A stretch of DNA of 64,000 nt from Gemmatimonadota bacterium (GTDB lineage Bacteria; Gemmatimonadota; Gemmatimonadetes; Longimicrobiales; Gaopeijiaceae), in the NCBI GenBank assembly GCA_022564055.1, contig JADFMD010000001.1, positions 2,738 through 66,737 on the forward strand, read 5' to 3'. Shown one piece after another: positions 1-8,827 of this stretch. Position numbers and translations under genes: made by a program. The first letter of the stretch is position 1. The number at the start of each line of letters is the position of its first letter. The notes beneath the pieces were generated by a model. That model did not search any database. It had not been told where the DNA came from and saw only the letters and a list, made by a program, of their open reading frames with translations.

Positions 1-1
1 G

Positions 2-271
2 GCCGTGGCCGGGTTTCTCAACTTGGCGCTCATGCCTCCCGTCATCGTCATGGCCCAGGAGATCATGCCCGAAAGCAAGGCGGTGGGCTCCGGAATCGTC
101 ATGGGTCTGGCGTGGGCCACGGGTTCGGTGGGCGTGATCGCTTTTGGCTTTCTGGCCAACGCCATCGGGCCCCGGCCGGCCGCGCTCGTTTCGCTCCCGC
201 TCCTCGCCATCGGAACGGTCTTGGCCTTTCATCCCGCAATCCGGCTCTACCGCAAGCCGGCATTTTCGTAG
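2..271 (+). CDS. MFS-type transporter, C-terminal fragment (5' end lies outside window)
   Basis: The ORF runs in from the window edge. Its hydrophobic helices (GIVMGLAWATGSVGVIAFGF, LPLLAIGTVLAF) look like the last TM helices of an MFS permease. Confidence 0.55.
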   Translation, partial: AVAGFLNLALMPPVIVMAQEIMPESKAVGSGIVMGLAWATGSVGVIAFGFLANAIGPRPAALVSLPLLAIGTVLAFHPAIRLYRKPAFS

Positions 272-283
272 CGAGCCGTTGAC

Positions 284-979
284 ATGCCTCTCCAGGTGAT
301 TCCGCGGCGAGACCGCAAGCTCAACTCCCTGATCAAAAAGGCCACACCGAGGGCGTACCGAAAGGGAGCCGTCATCTACCGACGGGGCGAGCCCTCGGCG
401 GCGGTATTGCTGGTCCAGGTGGGCCATGTCCGGCTGACCCTTCCGAAGACAGGCGCCGACTGCGGCCGCATCGTCGGGATCGCGGGACCCCAGGAGCTGC
501 TGGGCCTGGAAGCTGTGACCCTCGACGTCCCTCGGCGCTACACGGCCATCGCGGGGTCGTCCTGTACCGTACTCCCCCTGAAAGGTACGGCGGTTTTCAA
601 GGCTCTTCGGGCCTCGCCCATGACGCTTTCTCAAATCCTGCGCAGTAATGACCGCGACCTTGCGGAGGCCCGGCTCATTTCCTCGTCTTCGGGTTTTTCT
701 TCCAAGGCCCGCATCGCGGACGTCTTGCTGGATCTGGCATACCGTTTCGGAGTGGACGACGGGCGACGGATCAAACTCGACCACTGGTTTACACACCGGG
801 AGCTCGCCGACCTCGCGGGCGCACACCGCTCCACGGTAACCACGGCCATCAACGACTGGATCTACGACGGCGTGCTCAAGCAACAGCCGCGCGGCCTGAT
901 CATCAACAAACCCGGGACGCTCAGAAAGGCGGGTACCGAGGCTTCCAGAAAGCGCAGAAGGAAGGTGGCCACCCGTTGA
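284..979 (+). CDS. Crp/Fnr-family transcriptional regulator
   Basis: N-terminal cNMP-binding-like barrel (YRKGAVIYRRGEPSAAVLLVQVGHVRL) and C-terminal HTH (HRELADLAGAHRSTVTTAINDW). ATG start at 284. Confidence 0.8.
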   Translation: MPLQVIPRRDRKLNSLIKKATPRAYRKGAVIYRRGEPSAAVLLVQVGHVRLTLPKTGADCGRIVGIAGPQELLGLEAVTLDVPRRYTAIAGSSCTVLPLKGTAVFKALRASPMTLSQILRSNDRDLAEARLISSSSGFSSKARIADVLLDLAYRFGVDDGRRIKLDHWFTHRELADLAGAHRSTVTTAINDWIYDGVLKQQPRGLIINKPGTLRKAGTEASRKRRRKVATR

Positions 980-1048
980 CCCTCATTTAGCGTAAGGATA
1001 GGTTTCCCAGTCCTTTAGCGGATATTTTCACGGAGTTGAACCCGCAAT

Positions 1049-1744
1049 ATGTCCAAGCGTCACCATCCGTCCTCCCGGCGCACACCCCGCACATCGCACG
1101 ATCAAGACGACGCGTTCGTTGCGGGGGCTATCGATTTTACCGAATGGGCCGGAACACACAGGCAGGCGCTCACGCTCCTCGGCGTCGCAGCAGTTCTCCT
1201 GGTGGCTGGAGGCATCTATTACGTGAATTTCCAACGCTCGCTGACGATTCAGGCCGTGAACCGTCTCGAGTCGATTCACCAGACCATCGCGATCTCCGCG
1301 GTCGAGGATGCCAAAGCTCAGCTCAGTACGTTCTTGGACTCGTTCGAGGGCACGGATCAGGCTCGCGAAGCGGTCGTTCTCCTCGGGCGGCTTCACCTCG
1401 AAGCCGGGGATGCGCCTGTGGCGATCAGCGTACTCGAGCGCGCCGACCTCGGGTTCAGGGATCCCATCGGAATCCAGGCCAACGCTCTCTTGGCGCGTGC
1501 CTACGAGGACCAGGGTCGATGGCCTGAGGCCGAGGACACGTACCTGGAGGTCGCCGATCGAGCCGATTTCGCTTTTCAGATCCGGGCGGCGCTCAACAGT
1601 GCGGCGCGAGCCAGGCGCCGTCAGCAGGATCACGTGGGGGCGGCAGAGCTGTACGAAAGAATCCTGGCGACGTTTGAGGACGGCGATCCTGCTAAAGGCC
1701 TTTACGAGCTCCGCCTTGCCGAGGTCCTCGCTTTCCTTTCCTAG
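1049..1744 (+). CDS. membrane-anchored TPR-like protein (YfgM-like)
   Basis: Single N-terminal TM helix (ALTLLGVAAVLLVAGGIYYV) followed by helical TPR-like repeats (ARAYEDQGRWPEAEDTYLEV). Confidence 0.6.
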   Translation: MSKRHHPSSRRTPRTSHDQDDAFVAGAIDFTEWAGTHRQALTLLGVAAVLLVAGGIYYVNFQRSLTIQAVNRLESIHQTIAISAVEDAKAQLSTFLDSFEGTDQAREAVVLLGRLHLEAGDAPVAISVLERADLGFRDPIGIQANALLARAYEDQGRWPEAEDTYLEVADRADFAFQIRAALNSAARARRRQQDHVGAAELYERILATFEDGDPAKGLYELRLAEVLAFLS

Positions 1745-1792
1745 CGATCGAGACTTTTCCTAGCGGGTCAGCTCGGTTCGGCTCCAGCCGAA

Positions 1793-1822
1793 GGAATCAG
1801 GCTGCTGGGAATCAGGCTGCTG
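1793..1822. repeat. perfect tandem duplication of a 15-mer (GGAATCAGGCTGCTG x2)
   Basis: Read directly: 1793-1807 and 1808-1822 are identical. The repeat is intergenic, about 50 nt upstream of the dif-like site. Confidence 0.95.
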
Positions 1823-1871
1823 GCATACCGTAGGGTCCCGTTTTTAACACAACACCGCTTGGGAGACCATA

Positions 1872-1899
1872 ACTTCGTATAATATATATTATGTTAACT
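1872..1899 (+). other. dif: XerC/XerD chromosome dimer resolution site (dif-like)
   Basis: ACTTCGTATAA-TATATA-TTATGTTAACT. It matches E. coli dif (GGTGCGCATAA-TGTATA-TTATGTTAAAT) at 22/28 positions, including 10/11 of the XerD arm and 5/6 of the central region. It is an AT-rich island in GC-rich DNA, lies between convergent genes, and a Xer-family recombinase is encoded at 25021-25944. Confidence 0.7.
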
Positions 1900-1968
1900 T
1901 CTTGGCTTCACCTCGATTTCGATCTGGTCACCCCTCACGTCACCCACCCTCCCCTTCTCCTTCCCCTC

Positions 1969-2544
1969 CTAAGGCTCCCGATCCCGTGCGGGAGGATCGA
2001 GCGCAACCACCTCGACCCGGGCCGTGCCTATCGCTGCCATGCCGAGCTTCGACGCGGCCGCAAACGAGAGATCGATGATCCGATCCTGCACGAAGGGGCC
2101 CCGATCATTCACCCGCACCACCACCGACCTCCCGTTCTCCAGATGAGTCACCCGAACGTAGGTAGGAAGTGGAAGACTCTTGTGGGCCGCGGTCATCTGG
2201 TACATGTCGTAGGTATCTCCCGAGGACGTACGCCGTCCGTGGAAATATCCCCCGTACCACGACGCGATTCCTTCCTCGCGGTATCCGTCGCTCGTCCGGA
2301 GCACGCGGTAGGTGGTGCCCTCGATGACATAGCTCTCGGGATTACCTGATCGGCTCTTGAATTCTGCTTGAGGGACGGCATCCGGGAGCTCATCGAAGTT
2401 GATCCCACCACCTGACGCGGATACGGGGCCGGGCGACCCCATGCCGAGCGGTGTGCACCCTGGTATCGAACCGACCACCAGGGTTATTGCCATGACAGCT
2501 ATATATTTGTGAATACCCATCTTAGCATATATGATCTCATGCAT
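1969..2544 (-). CDS. rlpA: septal ring lytic transglycosylase RlpA (rare lipoprotein A)
   Basis: DPBB domain motifs GIASWYGGYFHGRRTSSGDTYD and YVRVTHLENGRSVVVRVNDRGPF. Lipoprotein-like signal MGIHKYIAVMAITLVVGSIPGC. The ATG at 2520 may be the true start. Confidence 0.85.
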   Translation of the reverse strand: MHEIIYAKMGIHKYIAVMAITLVVGSIPGCTPLGMGSPGPVSASGGGINFDELPDAVPQAEFKSRSGNPESYVIEGTTYRVLRTSDGYREEGIASWYGGYFHGRRTSSGDTYDMYQMTAAHKSLPLPTYVRVTHLENGRSVVVRVNDRGPFVQDRIIDLSFAAASKLGMAAIGTARVEVVALDPPARDREP

Positions 2545-2618
2545 TTTCTAAATACGATCGTCCTGCCGTCCGGATCAAATCGGCCCCTTTGCCGAGTGCC
2601 GATCGTAACATGGGGAGA

Positions 2619-3320
2619 TCAAGGCCGTCTAGCCAGAAGGGCGATCCGGCGCCTCAAGATCGGGACCCATCGCTGAAGCGCTCGTTCCACGGATCGCAGA
2701 CCACCGATATGCGATTCCGCGTAATAGGCCCTTTCCACTTCGAATCCCGCACCCAACACCAACCTCTCCAAGCGTTCTAACGACTTGTAATCCACGTGGC
2801 TGACATCCCTCCGAAGGAGGATGTTCCGTGCCTTGAGCATCTCCAGGAAGTGCCCTCGATGCGGCGTCCACAGACTGAGCCGGCCGCCCGGTTTCAAGAC
2901 CCTGAACGCTTCGACAACCACCGCCTGAGAGTCCTCCGGATAGAGGTGTTCCACCAAATCCGCAGCGATCACGAGGTCGAAGCTCTCAGCCTCCAGCCCG
3001 GTGTCCCGGGCATCCGCACAGAGAAATGACACGCCTTCGAGCGCCGATCCGGCCAGCTTTCTTTCACACAGATCGATGCTCTTCCGACTGAAGTCCACCC
3101 CCACCATCTCGGCGACTCGGGGGCCGAGGACCCAACAAAACGTGCCCCAACCACACCCGAGATCCAGCACCCGTTCCTCAGGACCGGGTTCGTAAATCTG
3201 AAGGACCTTGTCGATCCGGTATTTCTGGAACGGACTGTTGAGATCCTGGAGATGCTCGGTCCCCCCTTCGAAGTAATCGCTCTGATCATAGAACTCGCGA
3301 CCAATCCGCTCGTCGGTCAT
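2619..3320 (-). CDS. class I SAM-dependent methyltransferase
   Basis: SAM-binding motif I VLDLGCGWGTF, then acidic loop VGVDFS and motif LKPGGRL. Confidence 0.8.
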   Translation of the reverse strand: MTDERIGREFYDQSDYFEGGTEHLQDLNSPFQKYRIDKVLQIYEPGPEERVLDLGCGWGTFCWVLGPRVAEMVGVDFSRKSIDLCERKLAGSALEGVSFLCADARDTGLEAESFDLVIAADLVEHLYPEDSQAVVVEAFRVLKPGGRLSLWTPHRGHFLEMLKARNILLRRDVSHVDYKSLERLERLVLGAGFEVERAYYAESHIGGLRSVERALQRWVPILRRRIALLARRP

Positions 3321-3348
3321 GGGGCCATCACCGGTACGCCGGCCTTTA

Positions 3349-4134
3349 CTAGAGACGTCCGATCAGATCGAGAAATCTCAGCTTCCACACCTTCCATATC
3401 GCCTCACGCACGATCCTCTTCGACATCTTGGACTCACCCGATTCCCGTTCCTCGAAGATGATGGGAATCTCGGTAAGCGAAAATCCCTTTCGCCAGGCCC
3501 GCAGCTTGAGCTCGATCTGGAAGGTGTACCCGTTGGACTCGATGCGTGAAAAATCCAAGCTTTCCATCACCTCTCGCCGCCAGCAGTTGAAGCCACCGGT
3601 GGCGTCGCGCACGGGAAGCCGTGTCACGAATCGGGCATACCAACTCCCGAAGAAACTGATGAGCAGGCGGCTCATGGGCCAATTGATCACCGTCACGCGG
3701 CCATCGAGGTAGCGAGATCCGAGAACGATATCGAAGTCACGGGCCTTTTCGATGAAGAGTGGCAAGGCGTCCGGGCGATGGGAAAAGTCAGCGTCCATCT
3801 CGAAGAGCAGGTCATAATTTCGCTCCAGGCCCCACCGGAACCCTTCTATGTACGCTCCCCCGAGTCCCTGTTTTTCGGACCTATGAATCACGTTCACACG
3901 GTCGGAGGCCTGGCTCAAATCGTCCGCAAGGGCACCGGTGCCGTCGGGGGAATCATCGTCCACCACGAGCACATCGATGCGTGGATCCTGTTCGAGGATG
4001 CTCGGAACGATGCGAGGTAGGTTGTCCGCCTCGTTGTACGTGGGAAGGATCACCAAAAAACGTGCGTCCTGATGGCTCACGGAATCCCCTTCCCCGTTGG
4101 AATGCTCTCTTCGGTCTGTCGGGACCGGCGCCAA
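3349..4134 (-). CDS. polyprenol monophosphomannose synthase-like GT2 (Dpm1/Ppm1 type, soluble)
   Basis: LVILPTYNEADNLP, VLVVDDDSPDGTG, EMDADFSH, SNGYTFQIE; no C-terminal TM helices. An alternative GTG start at 4080 forms a GTGA overlap with the upstream stop. Confidence 0.85.
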   Translation of the reverse strand: MAPVPTDRREHSNGEGDSVSHQDARFLVILPTYNEADNLPRIVPSILEQDPRIDVLVVDDDSPDGTGALADDLSQASDRVNVIHRSEKQGLGGAYIEGFRWGLERNYDLLFEMDADFSHRPDALPLFIEKARDFDIVLGSRYLDGRVTVINWPMSRLLISFFGSWYARFVTRLPVRDATGGFNCWRREVMESLDFSRIESNGYTFQIELKLRAWRKGFSLTEIPIIFEERESGESKMSKRIVREAIWKVWKLRFLDLIGRL

Positions 4135-5042
4135 ACGAGCACCAGAAGCCCGGCCGGGACCAGCTCCAACACGGTCGTCCAGAGCCGAGCGATGACGGCC
4201 AGCACGACCGCGGCTTCGCGCGCCATGATCGGTTGCAGTAGAACCACCAAGATTCCCTCACGAATTCCGGCTCCCGCTGGCGCGAAAACCGCGATGTACC
4301 CTGCCACATACGCCGCAGCGAAGGCCGGACCCACCTCCCAGAATGTCCGCCATTCCCCAAAACTCAGGTAAAGTAGCCAAAAAGCCGTCGCGTAGATCCC
4401 CCAATTCACAACGTAGAGGATCAACCAGCGGAGACCGAAGTTGCCGCGCTTCAAGCCGTCGGCCGGAGGATCCGACCGTGTGATTCGGAACCAAAACGCC
4501 ACGATCTGGCGAAAGACCGAGGGTATGACGACCGCACCGATAATGGCCAAAACGAACCCGATCCCAGCGACCCGTCCGGCCCACCCGATTTCCCGCCACA
4601 GCTCGTTGGCCCCGAACAGGGCTCCCATTCCGACGAGAGTGGCGCCCAGGAGGGCAATTCCCTGGCCAAGAATCGCGGCGCCGGTGGCCACGCTCGGCGG
4701 GACGCCTTCGCGCTTGGCGAGATAGGCGAGCCCGGCGATCTGCCAGACCTTTCCGGGCACATAGCGGCCCAGGTTCGCCACCATGAACACCCGGACGGAC
4801 GTCCAAACTGGCAGACGCGGGCCCCCCAGGTCTCGCACCAGGCGTCCCCACAACGAGGCCGACCACAAATAACCGCTGGCCAGGACCGCGCAGGACGCCA
4901 AAAGGAGCGCAGGTCGGGGGCGAAACTCACCCGCGTTCAGCGTCCCCAGGACGGCGAGATCGACCCCAACCCGGTCGAAGATGAACCAAGTAACGGCCAC
5001 GGTAAGGCCGAGCTGGAGCAACCCCACGGCGACCTTCTTCAC
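4077..5042 (-). CDS. flippase-like / lysylphosphatidylglycerol-synthase-TM-region family membrane protein (UPF0104)
   Basis: About 8 predicted TM helices, no soluble domain, and motifs such as ANLGRYVPGKVWQ. GTG start in a GTGA overlap with the YfhO-like stop. Confidence 0.65.
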   Translation of the reverse strand: MKKVAVGLLQLGLTVAVTWFIFDRVGVDLAVLGTLNAGEFRPRPALLLASCAVLASGYLWSASLWGRLVRDLGGPRLPVWTSVRVFMVANLGRYVPGKVWQIAGLAYLAKREGVPPSVATGAAILGQGIALLGATLVGMGALFGANELWREIGWAGRVAGIGFVLAIIGAVVIPSVFRQIVAFWFRITRSDPPADGLKRGNFGLRWLILYVVNWGIYATAFWLLYLSFGEWRTFWEVGPAFAAAYVAGYIAVFAPAGAGIREGILVVLLQPIMAREAAVVLAVIARLWTTVLELVPAGLLVLVWRRSRQTEESIPTGKGIP

Positions 5043-7624
5043 TCCGCCCGGCGCTCCACGCTCCTACGGCCCCGCACCCAGTCCGTGCCGAGCAGGACGG
5101 CGACCACCACCAAACTGAGCAGCGTAAGGCGGAGGCTCCACCGGAGTTGGTCGGATTCGTAGTAGAACTCCACCACGTGGTCGCCCGCGGTGATCGGCAC
5201 CGCCCGCAGCGAGTGGTTGGCCCGTAATACCGGGACTTCCCGGTCCCCCACTCGCGCTTTCCAGGCCGGGAACCAGTTGTCGGCCACGACCAGGACGGCC
5301 GGCCTGTCGGCGCTCACCCGAAGCGTCATGTCATTGTTGTTGCGTTCGACCCACTCCACATGGCCCACCACTTCTCCGCCCGTGAGCTCGATCGGAAACG
5401 GTTCGGTCAGCACAACCTGTCGAGCGGGATCGAAATCGCCAGAAAGTATGTGCGCTACCACCTGGTCATCGGGCAAGATCACGGCGTCGGCCACGAGGCG
5501 AGCCCGCGGTAGGTCCTTGAACTCGTACACCGACTCGTAGGGGCGTCCCTGGATGGTCGTGGAGCTCAACCTGGTGAGGTTGTCGGTGATGTCCGCGGGA
5601 AGCCCTTCCTGGTCCGCCGGAGCACCGAGCTGATCGGGCCAGAGCACGTACCTTACGTTGAGTATGCGAAGAACATTGGCGCTGGTGAGCAGGTTCACGG
5701 GGGCGCCACTTCCCGCCATCCCAATGAGTTCTCTATAACGCGCGAGATCGTTCGGATGATGCCCCCCCGCGAGCTCCAGCCCGAACATACCGGGACGGAC
5801 GTCCTGACCGTTCAGCCCCCTCAGCGAAAACACCCGGAACGGGTCTTCTTCGCGCTGCCGCTCCAGAAGCAAATCGATATTGGGGTCGGGCGCTCGAAAT
5901 GCGGCGAAGTCCTGGGTCTGAATGAACGGCACGTCGACGCGACCCAAATCGAAGGAAATGAGCAATCCCAAGGCCACCACGGCCCCGAGCGCCGCGAACC
6001 GCAACGTGCGGAGGCCCCAGGCGACACCCGCCGTCGCCGTGGCGAGTATCACCGCGATCATGAAGCCCCGCTCGATGAAAGGCGCGGCGTTGGCGAGGAT
6101 CACAGCGGCCTGGTCCGGCATATCCCGATAGACCGCCCAGGTCCAGAACCCGTTCAGGGCGCCCGAGACCGCGAGCACGAAACCCAACAAGACGACGCCC
6201 GAAGCGATCCAGAGGAAACGCCCCGGCCGGGCCCAGTCGGCTTCACTACCGCTTCCCTCGAGGTCGAGAAGCCGTTCGACACCGAAGGCCATCAACGTCA
6301 TTGCGGCAAAGCCGAAAAGGAAAATGGCAAGTGACGGTGCCCGAAAGAGACCGATCCCCGGCACGACCTCGTAGAACAGGCGCCACACCGGCGTATGGCT
6401 TCCGAGGCCGAAGAGGAGCGCCACACCGCCGAGTCCTACCAGGAAAAACCTCAACGACCGTCGAGCTCCTCCGAAAAAGGAGACCCCCGCCAGAAGGAGA
6501 ACCACGAGGCCGACGTATTCGTGGTTGCCCTTGAAGCTGTTTCGTCCCCAGTACGTTCCTCGAGCCCACTCCGCGTTAGCGGTGCTCACGCCCACGAACT
6601 CGGGGACGGCAAGAGCCAGGATCTCCTCGGGGTGGAGAGACCAGGAGCTCGCATACGCCCGGGATGCCTCCGGGCTCGCTTCGGTGGTGGTGGCCGTCCT
6701 GCGTGAGTGGTCCATGACGTAGGAAGCGGCCGGAAGGAACTGGACCGCCGCCACGCCAGCACCCAGTACGGCGGCGGCAACGAACGTCGCAAAGCGGGTG
6801 ACAGCCACTCGACGCGCCCGCGAAGCTCCATTCCGTGCTGCCGGCGCCTCGAACTCTTCGGAGCCCCTGCCCTCCCCAACACCCTCCGCTTCGTGCCCCG
6901 CCCCGGCCTCGCCCGCGCGCCAGATCGACACGGTTCGAAAAGCCACATAGGCCCCCACGCCACCGAAAAGGAAGTAGGCCATCTGGAAATGGGTGGTGAG
7001 CATCACCGCAGCAACCACCAGCGACACGAGCGCGATCGACCTCATGCAACCGCGGACGAGATACGACTCGGTGACCCAGAAAAGGAGGGGTGTCAGCGCG
7101 ATTACGAAGATCTTGCCGTCCTGTCCCCCGAGGACGAGGGTGACCATGAACGGGGCCAACCCATAGGCGAGTCCAGCCAGGAGGGCCGAGGCTTTCGACA
7201 GGCCCAGACGGCGAATCCAACCGTACATGAAGATTCCGGCAAGGAAGACGTGGAGAACCAGCTTCCATCCCAGCGCCCGATACGGATCGAGCAGGAAGAG
7301 AAGAAGGGCGCTCGGCGGATAGAGGGAATCCCCACCGGCTAACGACTCCAAAAAGGGCGTACCGCCCAAGATGATCGGATTCCAGAGTGGAAATCCCCCA
7401 CCGGACACAGCATTCGCGTAGAACTCCCGCGCCATGTATCCGAGCGCCAGGGTGTCGGAGCCATACAGCATGTCCCGCGAAAACACGAACTCACGGAAGA
7501 GAAAGAGCGTGACGATTCCGTAAAGGATGGGCGGAACCCACCCAGGAATCTGGAGCTCGCTGGCGGATGCGGACCCCAACCCGACGCGTTCTGGGTTCTG
7601 GGTGCCCTTTTTCCGTTTCGCCAC
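5039..7624 (-). CDS. YfhO-family large polytopic membrane protein (GT-C-like putative glycosyltransferase)
   Basis: 861 aa. Many N-terminal TM helices, a large extracytoplasmic C-terminal domain and a final TM anchor. The C-terminal pattern DNWFPAWKARVGDREVPVLRANHSLRAVPITAGDHVVEFYY is typical of YfhO proteins. Confidence 0.7.
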   Translation of the reverse strand: MAKRKKGTQNPERVGLGSASASELQIPGWVPPILYGIVTLFLFREFVFSRDMLYGSDTLALGYMAREFYANAVSGGGFPLWNPIILGGTPFLESLAGGDSLYPPSALLLFLLDPYRALGWKLVLHVFLAGIFMYGWIRRLGLSKASALLAGLAYGLAPFMVTLVLGGQDGKIFVIALTPLLFWVTESYLVRGCMRSIALVSLVVAAVMLTTHFQMAYFLFGGVGAYVAFRTVSIWRAGEAGAGHEAEGVGEGRGSEEFEAPAARNGASRARRVAVTRFATFVAAAVLGAGVAAVQFLPAASYVMDHSRRTATTTEASPEASRAYASSWSLHPEEILALAVPEFVGVSTANAEWARGTYWGRNSFKGNHEYVGLVVLLLAGVSFFGGARRSLRFFLVGLGGVALLFGLGSHTPVWRLFYEVVPGIGLFRAPSLAIFLFGFAAMTLMAFGVERLLDLEGSGSEADWARPGRFLWIASGVVLLGFVLAVSGALNGFWTWAVYRDMPDQAAVILANAAPFIERGFMIAVILATATAGVAWGLRTLRFAALGAVVALGLLISFDLGRVDVPFIQTQDFAAFRAPDPNIDLLLERQREEDPFRVFSLRGLNGQDVRPGMFGLELAGGHHPNDLARYRELIGMAGSGAPVNLLTSANVLRILNVRYVLWPDQLGAPADQEGLPADITDNLTRLSSTTIQGRPYESVYEFKDLPRARLVADAVILPDDQVVAHILSGDFDPARQVVLTEPFPIELTGGEVVGHVEWVERNNNDMTLRVSADRPAVLVVADNWFPAWKARVGDREVPVLRANHSLRAVPITAGDHVVEFYYESDQLRWSLRLTLLSLVVVAVLLGTDWVRGRRSVERRAE

Positions 7625-8778
7625 TAGTGTCCGCTCTCTTCTGCAGAATCCGGTACTCGTTCACGGCCTTTCCCACGACCCTGGTCACGGCCCCGGTTGA
7701 GGAGACCCTGATACACTTCCAGATGCCGGTCTACCAGGCGAGCGTTGCTCCATCGCTCCACCACGCGGGACCGTGCCGCCGTGCCGAGGGCGCTGAGGTC
7801 GTCGCGTGCGAGAAGCGAAATCACCGCGGCGGCGAGCGCCGTGGGGTTGCCCGCTTCGAAAAGCGCTCCGACCTCGCCGTCGACGATCTCAGGAAGCCCG
7901 CCCACATCCGAGACCGCCACGGGCACTTCACAAGCCATCGACTCGAGCGCCGCTACGGACGTGGCTTCCATCAGGGACGGAAATACGGCCAGCTCCGCGG
8001 AGCTCAATAAGCCGGGCATCTCGTCATGGCCGCGCGCGCCCAAGAACTGAACACGCTCCCCCAGCGCCAAGCTCGCTGCCAACGCTTCGAGTGTTTCGCG
8101 CTCGGGTCCGTCCCCGACGATCACTGCCTCGATATCCACCCGCTCGGCAATGAGCGGCATCGCCCGAAGGAAGAATTCGACACCATTCTTCTCGACGAGG
8201 CGCCTGGGAACGATGATTCGACGACGATTCGCGGCTGGAAGCGCAGGCTCACAGCGTTGAAAAACCTCCGTCTCCACACCGTTGGTCAGCGCCTCGACCG
8301 CAACGCCGGGTGCGAGCTTTTGGGCCACCTCGGCGATCTCGGCGCTCGCGGCAAGGTTATGATCCGACCATTCGAGAAAGCGTTGAAAGATCGGCCTCCA
8401 AAAAGGGCTGGCCGCTCTCTCGAGGAAATGCGAAGTGTGCCAAGTCGAGACCAGCGGGATCCGATTGGCTTGTTTGGCCACGACTCCGGGCAGCACCGAT
8501 TGGAAGGCTTGCGCGTGCACTATGTCCGCCTTGCGGGCGACCCCGATCAACGTAGGTGTCGACGCCCCCCCGTGCACCGCCCATCCGAGCGGACTTCGCG
8601 TGGGCAGCCAGGTCCGCCAGACGTCGATGCCATCCATCACTTCGTGAGCCGGGAGCCCCCGTTTCGAACGCGAGGTGACGACCGACACACGACAGCCTTT
8701 CTTCACGAGGCCGCGGCAGAGATAATAGACGTGGCTCTCCAGTCCGCCCACTTCTGGAGGAAAGTAGAGGCAGTGCAT
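7624..8778 (-). CDS. glycosyltransferase family 4 (GT-B)
   Basis: N-terminus MHCLYFPPEVGGLESHV and C-terminal donor-binding region EATSVAALESMACEVPVAVSDVGGLPEIV. I chose the ATG at 8778 because the longest-ORF start (9030) would overlap the wecB 3' end. Confidence 0.8.
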   Translation of the reverse strand: MHCLYFPPEVGGLESHVYYLCRGLVKKGCRVSVVTSRSKRGLPAHEVMDGIDVWRTWLPTRSPLGWAVHGGASTPTLIGVARKADIVHAQAFQSVLPGVVAKQANRIPLVSTWHTSHFLERAASPFWRPIFQRFLEWSDHNLAASAEIAEVAQKLAPGVAVEALTNGVETEVFQRCEPALPAANRRRIIVPRRLVEKNGVEFFLRAMPLIAERVDIEAVIVGDGPERETLEALAASLALGERVQFLGARGHDEMPGLLSSAELAVFPSLMEATSVAALESMACEVPVAVSDVGGLPEIVDGEVGALFEAGNPTALAAAVISLLARDDLSALGTAARSRVVERWSNARLVDRHLEVYQGLLNRGRDQGRGKGRERVPDSAEESGH

Positions 8779-8827
8779 CGCTATGTTCACGGCCGCACCC
8801 AGCTCGGGTTCACGGCCTGGTTCGCGT

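Noticed and set aside
1870-1902. ATAACTTCGTATA (1870-1882) is a 13/13 match to a loxP recombinase-binding arm, suggesting a lox-like site or cloning scar.
   Set aside because: The partner arm (TATGTTAACTTCT) is not the inverted repeat of the first (8/13 only), and the spacer differs. The same bases fit the XerC/D dif architecture much better (11-6-11, near-perfect XerD arm). There is no vector-like sequence nearby.
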